Below, one piece after another: positions 57,571 through 64,000 of a DNA stretch of 64,000 bases (position 1 is the stretch's first letter; each line of letters begins with the position of its first letter). A program made the position numbers and the translations under genes. Source of the DNA: Candidatus Saliniplasma sp. (lineage in GTDB: Archaea > Thermoplasmatota > Thermoplasmata > Halarchaeoplasmatales > Halarchaeoplasmataceae); contig JAWOGF010000038.1 of the NCBI GenBank assembly GCA_046497075.1, positions 1,306 to 65,305 on the forward strand. The letters are read 5' to 3'. The notes below the pieces were generated by a model. That model did no database searches, had not been told where the DNA came from, and saw only the letters and a program-made list of their open reading frames with translations.

Positions 57571-60500
57571 TCAGGAGTTTTCGGCCTTTTTCAATTCTAT
57601 ATCGAACCTCGTTCCACCGAGTTTAGAATCCTTGACTGTAACCTTACCTCCATATCTATTAAGCAGAAGTTCAACTAGGTACAGACCGAGTCCGGTACCC
57701 CGTTCCATATCAGAAGTGTACCCCTTACTGAATATATCGTCTTTTTTCTCGTCGGGTATACCTATACCATCGTCTTCGATCTTACAAACCACCCGATCAT
57801 CCGATTCTTCACATGTTATCTTTATCAAACTTCCCTCAGAAAATTTGATAGAGTTCTCTATGATGTTCGAGAAGACCTCTTTTAATAGTGAACCACCTTG
57901 CACATCACTGATATCATCAGGGATGTTTACGGTGAGCTCAAAACCTTTCTCTTCAGATACGTCTTTTAGATCGTTAACAGTTTCGTTTATCATTGGTCGA
58001 ATATCCAATTTTTTAATATCCTCCTCTTTTGTCCGCCTCAACACTCTGACTTTATCGATAAGTTCTATACTCCCGATTATCCCTTTTTTTGCTCTCTGCA
58101 GGTAATCTTCGGCCTTTTCAGGTAGATCAAAATCCGCTTCTAGAAGATATATATATCCCTGGATGATCTGGATCTTGTTACCCACGTCATGTCTGAGAAG
58201 AGTGTGTAGAAACTGTTCCCTCTCGCTCATCTCTACCCTTTTAAGAGCTTCTGTAATGTGATTGATCAACAATTCAGCCAATTCGAGATCTTCTTCATCG
58301 AATTGATTTGGTTCTTTGGATACTGCCTGAAATATCCCACCTTTGCCGATCGGTACACTTATGGCCGATCTATATTCATCTTTAACTGGTTTTGAATCAC
58401 CATTTTGCTTTAAATCATCTACTATGTAGGAACTCTGTTCCCGGTAAGTCTTTTTATCCAAACCCCCATCTTCTATGGGTCTGTCCAGGGAACCATTTAC
58501 TGGCACATTTGAGGAGACGGCTTTTGTTACAAATTTGTCACCTTCTACAGCATCGAAAACACAGATATCGAAGTCCAATATATTTTCAGCAGCTTCGATA
58601 CCCAGTGAGTATACCTCATCTTTTGTTTGACACAACTCGATTCTAGCTGCCACATCGTGTAGTTTTTTTATCCTGTTTTTCTTTTCCTGTACTATTTTTT
58701 CTCTTTTGAGCCTATCTAGGGCTTCTTTAAGATGGGATATGAATAATTTAGCTATCTCTAGATCAGATTCGTCAAAATATCCCACTGTTTTAGATAGTGC
58801 CTGGAAAACGCCATAATCTCCGATTGGGATCGTTATACCAGATCTGTATTTTTTTGATTTAGGTTCAACACTCTCAAAATCCCGTATATCCTCTATCAGA
58901 AACGCTTTTTTCTCGCTGAAAGATAGACCTACGACTCCCTTGTTGATATCCACAGTATCACCGATCTCTTCTTGAATATTAGATGTGCTCGCTTTAACGA
59001 TCCCTTTTCCATCCTCCTCTATCAAAATACCAGCCACATCGAATTTGAATATTTCGTCGACAGCGGAGATAGCTATCTGAAACACATCCTCTTCAGTTTT
59101 GCAGTTCTGGAGTTTCGAAGAGAGGTCGTATAGGGCTTTTATATCTTTTTGACTTTCTTTCAACTCATCCTTGATATTTCTCCGCTGGGTGATATCTCTG
59201 ATGTTGCACTGAACAACTTTATCGCCACCTGCTTCGTATGTGTTGCTAACAAATTCTACGGGTACTTCCTCACCTCTGTTAGTTTTTAAAGGCAGATCTT
59301 CGTAACGGATATAACCTTCATCTACGAGTTCTTGGAATCTCTTCTTATTTTCAGCGATGCCTTTGAAGGTTCCGATCTCCCAGAGTTTTTTTCCCTTGAG
59401 CTCGTCTATAGAGTAACCTAAATGCTCTAGGATGTAGGGATTAGCGTCTTTGATCTTACCGGAGTTCGCATCGATTATGAGCATACCGTCCTGTGCTGTC
59501 TCGAAAAGACGCCTGTATCTTTCTTCACTTTCCTCTATCCTTTTTTCAGCCATTATCTTTTCCCTAGCGAAGGCTAGATCGCTGCTGACCTCTTTCAGTA
59601 ATTCGATCTCTTCTTCGGTAACTTCTTGCTCTCCTGGTAAACAGGCGGAAAGAATACCGTTCACTTTTCCGTTTTTGACCATAGGAACGATTATAGACTT
59701 ATGTTCTTCATCATATTCACAGTACTCACAGTTTTCACACTGACTATTTACATCATCTATCACCTTTGTCTCACGAGTTTGGATTGCTTCTCGAACACAG
59801 GTGGGATTTTCTTCATCTGCTTCTCCATAGAATGTTTCATTCCATCTATCTCTTGTGTGATCCCCGCAGTGAGCTACAGGTACTATCTTATCATCTTCTC
59901 GCTTTATAGCTATAGATACGTCGAGGTACTGCCTAATATCCAACATTGTTTCACATGTTTTCTGGAGAAGTTCTGTGAGATCATCCTCCTGAACTATCAA
60001 TTGATTGATCTGACGGATGGCGCTCCTCAATGAATACATCTCTCTAGCGAGTTCTTCGGCTTTCTTTTTCTCTGTGATATCCGACGTTATACCGAATATT
60101 TCCTGGACTTTTCCGTCATCATCTTTTAAAGAGAATATTGCATTACGGAGGACCCTTTTCTCACCACCTTTCGTTTTGATCGTGACTTTCAACCACCTAT
60201 CCTTTATATCATCGGGATCTACCCCTTTCATTTTTTTCTTACACTCTTCGGTAAGAAAATCCCTTGAATTCTTTCCTATCATTTCTTCAGGACTATATCC
60301 GTGGATATCCGCAAACGATCGGTTTACAAAAGTGAACTTTCCAGATGGTTCTCGAATATAAAAACCCTCTTCGGATTTTTCGAATATATGGGCAAGAAGT
60401 TTGTTTTTCCTTCTCAAAGAAATCCTAGTCCTATGGTGCTCCGTTTCTTGTAAGATCGCATCGGATAACACCCCGTATTGACTCCCCGGATCGCCACCTT

Positions 60501-60819
60501 TCTGGATGTACCTATTAGCGCCTAGATTCAGCGCTTTTATAGCCACTTCCTCCCTGCCCCTACCTGTGAACATTATGAACGGGATATCACTGTTTCTTTC
60601 TTTTCTAATTTCCTCTAAGAACTCTAAGCCATCGATGTCGGGCATCTGATAATCGGAAATTATCACGTCAAAATCATTCTCATCTAGTAGGTCTAATGCT
60701 TGTGAAGCAGACAGAGATGTGGTTATATCGAATCTTTTTTCCTCCCTCTCTAGAAATATCTCACCCTGGTCAAGGATATCGGATTCATCGTCTACGAACA
60801 AAATTCTGATGTTTTTCAT
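57571..60819 (-). CDS. Hybrid sensor histidine kinase (N-terminal receiver, PAS, multiple GAF domains, HisKA, HATPase_c)
   Basis: REC motif DDESDIL...DVIISDYQMPDIDGLEF, LRHDVGNKIQ H-box, and GTGLGLYLV G2 box. Confidence 0.85.
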   Translation of the reverse strand: MKNIRILFVDDESDILDQGEIFLEREEKRFDITTSLSASQALDLLDENDFDVIISDYQMPDIDGLEFLEEIRKERNSDIPFIMFTGRGREEVAIKALNLGANRYIQKGGDPGSQYGVLSDAILQETEHHRTRISLRRKNKLLAHIFEKSEEGFYIREPSGKFTFVNRSFADIHGYSPEEMIGKNSRDFLTEECKKKMKGVDPDDIKDRWLKVTIKTKGGEKRVLRNAIFSLKDDDGKVQEIFGITSDITEKKKAEELAREMYSLRSAIRQINQLIVQEDDLTELLQKTCETMLDIRQYLDVSIAIKREDDKIVPVAHCGDHTRDRWNETFYGEADEENPTCVREAIQTRETKVIDDVNSQCENCEYCEYDEEHKSIIVPMVKNGKVNGILSACLPGEQEVTEEEIELLKEVSSDLAFAREKIMAEKRIEESEERYRRLFETAQDGMLIIDANSGKIKDANPYILEHLGYSIDELKGKKLWEIGTFKGIAENKKRFQELVDEGYIRYEDLPLKTNRGEEVPVEFVSNTYEAGGDKVVQCNIRDITQRRNIKDELKESQKDIKALYDLSSKLQNCKTEEDVFQIAISAVDEIFKFDVAGILIEEDGKGIVKASTSNIQEEIGDTVDINKGVVGLSFSEKKAFLIEDIRDFESVEPKSKKYRSGITIPIGDYGVFQALSKTVGYFDESDLEIAKLFISHLKEALDRLKREKIVQEKKNRIKKLHDVAARIELCQTKDEVYSLGIEAAENILDFDICVFDAVEGDKFVTKAVSSNVPVNGSLDRPIEDGGLDKKTYREQSSYIVDDLKQNGDSKPVKDEYRSAISVPIGKGGIFQAVSKEPNQFDEEDLELAELLINHITEALKRVEMSEREQFLHTLLRHDVGNKIQIIQGYIYLLEADFDLPEKAEDYLQRAKKGIIGSIELIDKVRVLRRTKEEDIKKLDIRPMINETVNDLKDVSEEKGFELTVNIPDDISDVQGGSLLKEVFSNIIENSIKFSEGSLIKITCEESDDRVVCKIEDDGIGIPDEKKDDIFSKGYTSDMERGTGLGLYLVELLLNRYGGKVTVKDSKLGGTRFDIELKKAENS

Positions 60820-61097
60820 TCTCGAACCGCTCTAAATTCCATTTAATCTCTTCTAAGTATAACTAGTTTATGGAAATTTCTCAAATAAGTCGATGATCTG
60901 CTTTTTTCAGTCAAATAACGTATCTTTCCCCACTGATTTTGGAATCCTTCACTTCGACCTTCCCACTGTATCTTTTTTTCAGCAAAAAGCTTTCATATAT
61001 ACACCAAAGATACCCGAGTAGACCACTATTTTTCCACGTTTTTACCGTACTTTTCACGATCCTTAAAAACTATACGACCTCACACAAATTAGATTGA

Positions 61098-61530
<433 letters not shown>

Positions 61531-61563
61531 AACCACGTTATGATCATCAAGGTGATCTCCTCC

Positions 61564-61899
61564 ATGGAAGGAAAGAAGAAACATTTTGAAGGACTAGATA
61601 ACGTGTTCAAACTGCATGGACTGATAAACTATCAGGAAGGAGCGGTGGTCAGCAGGACTTTATTGGACAAGGATTCCAGTACACTAACAGTGTTCGCATT
61701 CGACGAAGGCCAGAGGTTGAGCGAGCATACCGCACCCCACGACGCACTTGTACAGGTTTTGGATGGTAAAGGGAGGATAACTATCGAAGGGGAAAAACAT
61801 GAAGTTAGGAAAGGTGAAAGTATAACCATGCCAGCTGATATACCTCATGCAGTTGAAGCACTGACAAAATTCAAGATGTTCTTGATCATGATCAAATAG
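61564..61899 (+). CDS. Cupin-domain protein. The probable start is MEGKKK; the track's 61489 start is likely 5' UTR.
   Basis: SEHTAPHDALVQVLDGKG...HEV.KGE cupin motifs. Confidence 0.6.
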   Translation: MEGKKKHFEGLDNVFKLHGLINYQEGAVVSRTLLDKDSSTLTVFAFDEGQRLSEHTAPHDALVQVLDGKGRITIEGEKHEVRKGESITMPADIPHAVEALTKFKMFLIMIK

Positions 61900-61916
61900 C
61901 TGATAGGTGAATAAGA

Positions 61917-62726
61917 TTGAAAAATAAAACGAAAAATAACATAGAAAGTCGTTGGGACGATCTATTGAACTGGTACTCAGACGAGGAAATATCCAAAGTA
62001 ACGGTGGCTTTTTCCGGAGGCAAGGACAGCACTCTAGTTTTAGATTCAGCCTCTGAGGTCCTTCAGGATGTCATCGCTGTCATAATAGATGCTGAAATAT
62101 TTCCGGATAGCGAGATCAAACTTGCAGAGAAAGCAGTGAAACAGTTCGGTGTACCTTATAAGATAATCGAAACTACTAAACTGGATGATCAAAATTTCAA
62201 AAGGAATCCAGCGGATAGATGCTATCACTGTAAAGAGATGCTGTTCTCATCAATTAAGGAAAAATTAGGAGACGATCGGACGATCTTAGAGGGAACTAAC
62301 GCCTCTGAAGTTCATGGTCATCGTCCGGGATTGAAAGCTGTCAAATCCCATGCCCGGGCCCCACTGTTAGAGGTGGGTTTGGAAGAGGAAGAGATAAGAA
62401 AATTACTGCGATGGAGGGGAAAAGAGGTATGGGATAGACCGTCCTACGCCTGTTTAGCAAGCCGTTTTCCCGAAGGAAGTGTTCTAACCGAAGAAAAATT
62501 GAAAAAAGTCGAAAAGATCGAAGATGAACTCCACGAGATGGGTATCGATCAACTCCGGGTTAGAGATTTTGAAGATACCGCTCGGATCGAGGTTTGGCCG
62601 GAAGAGATGCAGGTGATTTTAAAGAACAGGAAAATAATAATCGAGCTTCTAAAACAAGAAGGCTACGAGAACATTTTCTTAGACTTACAGGGGTACAGAA
62701 CCGGGTCTATTTCCCCGGATGAGTAG
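61917..62726 (+). CDS. PP-loop ATP pyrophosphatase of the LarE/TIGR00268 family
   Basis: AFSGGKDST PP-loop and a CYHCK motif. Confidence 0.65.
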   Translation: MKNKTKNNIESRWDDLLNWYSDEEISKVTVAFSGGKDSTLVLDSASEVLQDVIAVIIDAEIFPDSEIKLAEKAVKQFGVPYKIIETTKLDDQNFKRNPADRCYHCKEMLFSSIKEKLGDDRTILEGTNASEVHGHRPGLKAVKSHARAPLLEVGLEEEEIRKLLRWRGKEVWDRPSYACLASRFPEGSVLTEEKLKKVEKIEDELHEMGIDQLRVRDFEDTARIEVWPEEMQVILKNRKIIIELLKQEGYENIFLDLQGYRTGSISPDE

Positions 62727-62795
62727 AAAATATAACACAGAAATTTTATATCTTATGATGATACCTATTTTTAAGTAGATCAAGGTCGGGATAAT

Positions 62796-63977
62796 TTGGA
62801 TTTGAGTCATCATCGAAAAGATTTCCCACTGCTGGACGAGATAATTTATTTCGATAACGCCTGCATGACGTTGAAACCTTATCAGGTGATCGAAGCTGTG
62901 AATGAATACTATGAAAAGTATCCCGTATGCGGTGGTAGTAGGAGTCAGCATAGGCTTTCGAACATACTCGGTAGAAAAATCGAAGAAGGACGGGAAGCTC
63001 TCAAAGAACTCATCGGAGCTGAAAAGAAAGAACAGGTCGTTTTCACAAAGAACACCACCGAGGCCGTGAATCTTGTGGCTAAAGGGCTAGGACTGAGTAA
63101 AGGAGATACCGTTCTAACCACTGATAAAGAGCACAACAGCAATACCGTTCCATGGATTTTACTTAGAGATGATAAAGGAATAAAATTCGATAAGGTGAAA
63201 ACCAACGATGACGGAACCTTCAACATAGAAAATTTCAAAGAAAGTATGAACCAGTCCGTAGAACTGGTCTCCATGGTACACACATCAAATCTAGACGGTA
63301 CAACAACTCCTGCCAAAGAGATCAGTGAGATCGCACACGACTATGAAGCCCTTTTAATGCTCGATGGTGCTCAGAGCGTACCGCATAAACCTATTGATGT
63401 TCAAAAACTAGATGTTGACCTGTTAGCCTTTTCAGTTCATAAGATGCTTGGTCCAACAGGTGTAGGCGTACTTTACGGTAAAGAGGAAGTCTTAGAAAGA
63501 CTTACACCTTTATCCGCCGGTGGGGGAAGTGTCAAGGATTCAACATATGACACGATCACACTCAAACCCCATCCAGAAAAATTCGAAGGGGGTCTCCAGA
63601 ACTACTCGGCTTTATGTGGTATCAAACCTGCAGTAGATTACCTTTTGAACGTGGGGTTGAAGAATATAGAACAGCACGAGATAGAGTTGAATAGGTTAGC
63701 TACCGAACTATTAGAAGACAAAGTCGAAGTCATCGGTCCACATGATCCCAAAAAGAGGTCGGGGATATTCAACTTCAGAGTGAAAGTACTGGGCTGTCAT
63801 GAAATCACGGTTCTTTTAGAAGAAAAAGATATCCTTACACGTGGCGGTATGCACTGTGTTCACCCATGGCATAGAACCAGAGGAGAACTTGGGGGAACAA
63901 GAGCTTCTTTCTACTTTTACAATACAAAAGAGGAAGTAAAAAAATTCGCTAAAATATTTGATGACCTTCTAGGATGA
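62796..63977 (+). CDS. Cysteine desulfurase (class V aminotransferase, SufS/CsdA-like)
   Basis: SVHKMLGPTGVGVLY PLP-lysine region, a conserved Cys in MHCVH... near the C-terminus, 393 aa. Confidence 0.8.
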   Translation: MDLSHHRKDFPLLDEIIYFDNACMTLKPYQVIEAVNEYYEKYPVCGGSRSQHRLSNILGRKIEEGREALKELIGAEKKEQVVFTKNTTEAVNLVAKGLGLSKGDTVLTTDKEHNSNTVPWILLRDDKGIKFDKVKTNDDGTFNIENFKESMNQSVELVSMVHTSNLDGTTTPAKEISEIAHDYEALLMLDGAQSVPHKPIDVQKLDVDLLAFSVHKMLGPTGVGVLYGKEEVLERLTPLSAGGGSVKDSTYDTITLKPHPEKFEGGLQNYSALCGIKPAVDYLLNVGLKNIEQHEIELNRLATELLEDKVEVIGPHDPKKRSGIFNFRVKVLGCHEITVLLEEKDILTRGGMHCVHPWHRTRGELGGTRASFYFYNTKEEVKKFAKIFDDLLG

Positions 63978-64000
63978 GATCATCTCTTCCATTATCTTAC

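Overview
This 64-kb window looks archaeal and probably comes from a halophilic euryarchaeote. The evidence is three PGF-CTERM sorting tails, an archaeal-type PEP carboxylase beginning MSTQHPDN, a split FeoB, a strongly acidic proteome, low GC, and AT-rich TATA-like boxes about 25-30 nt upstream of starts. No rRNA, tRNA or CRISPR array was recognised.

In order along the window:
- 0-6.7 kb: a Fe-S / NifX-like cluster. It holds two MBL-fold hydrolases, a DUF89 protein, a tandem-fused MinD-ferredoxin ATPase, an NADH-oxidase/CoADR-like flavoprotein, two NifX/NifB-C-terminal-domain proteins and a small CxxC zinc-ribbon protein.
- 6.9-16 kb: a DtxR-family repressor, a radical SAM protein, two SAM methyltransferases, a heterodimeric ABC exporter, an ArsR regulator and an ABC-2 transporter.
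- 16-17.5 kb: a repeat-containing intergenic region followed by a roughly 380-bp segmental duplication of the ABC-2 permease gene.
- 17.8-21.7 kb: a second DtxR repressor and a feoA-feoA-feoB(GTPase)-feoB(membrane)-feoC-like operon.
- 22-24.7 kb: a GLUG-repeat / PKD / PGF-CTERM surface protein.
- 25.3-31.8 kb: a complete lysine (DAP) operon with ddh-lysA-asd-lysC-dapB-dapA in that order along the + strand (all on the - strand, so transcribed dapA first), including a meso-DAP dehydrogenase.
- 32-33.6 kb: archaeal-type PEP carboxylase.
- 33.8-40.7 kb: Lrp/AsnC and CBS-HTH regulators, then a second ask-asd pair followed by metY, metX and a MetF-like gene.
- 41-47.6 kb: an LRR / PGF-CTERM protein, a DUF6293-like regulator, a CcdA-like plus thioredoxin-like pair, and a large parallel-beta-helix surface protein.
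- 47.6-57.4 kb: the most unusual locus. It begins with a membrane-anchored hyper-acidic protein, followed by two paralogous cysteine-rich peptide genes. The three genes share a recombining roughly 45-bp repeat encoding (E)ELMSSPPMQPNGGGG. Each peptide gene is translationally coupled to a small 2-TM microprotein, a toxin/immunity-like arrangement. Next to this are a decayed RHS/YD-repeat C-terminal core pseudogene, a CPBP/Abi intramembrane protease, a TldD/PmbA protease pair, a MacB/FtsX-type ABC exporter and a REC-PAS-GAF hybrid histidine kinase. I interpret this, by inference, as a candidate undescribed archaeocin-like peptide production, immunity and export island.
- 60.8-64 kb: a GC-rich structured intergenic region with three related hairpins, then a cupin, a LarE-like PP-loop ATPase and a cysteine desulfurase.
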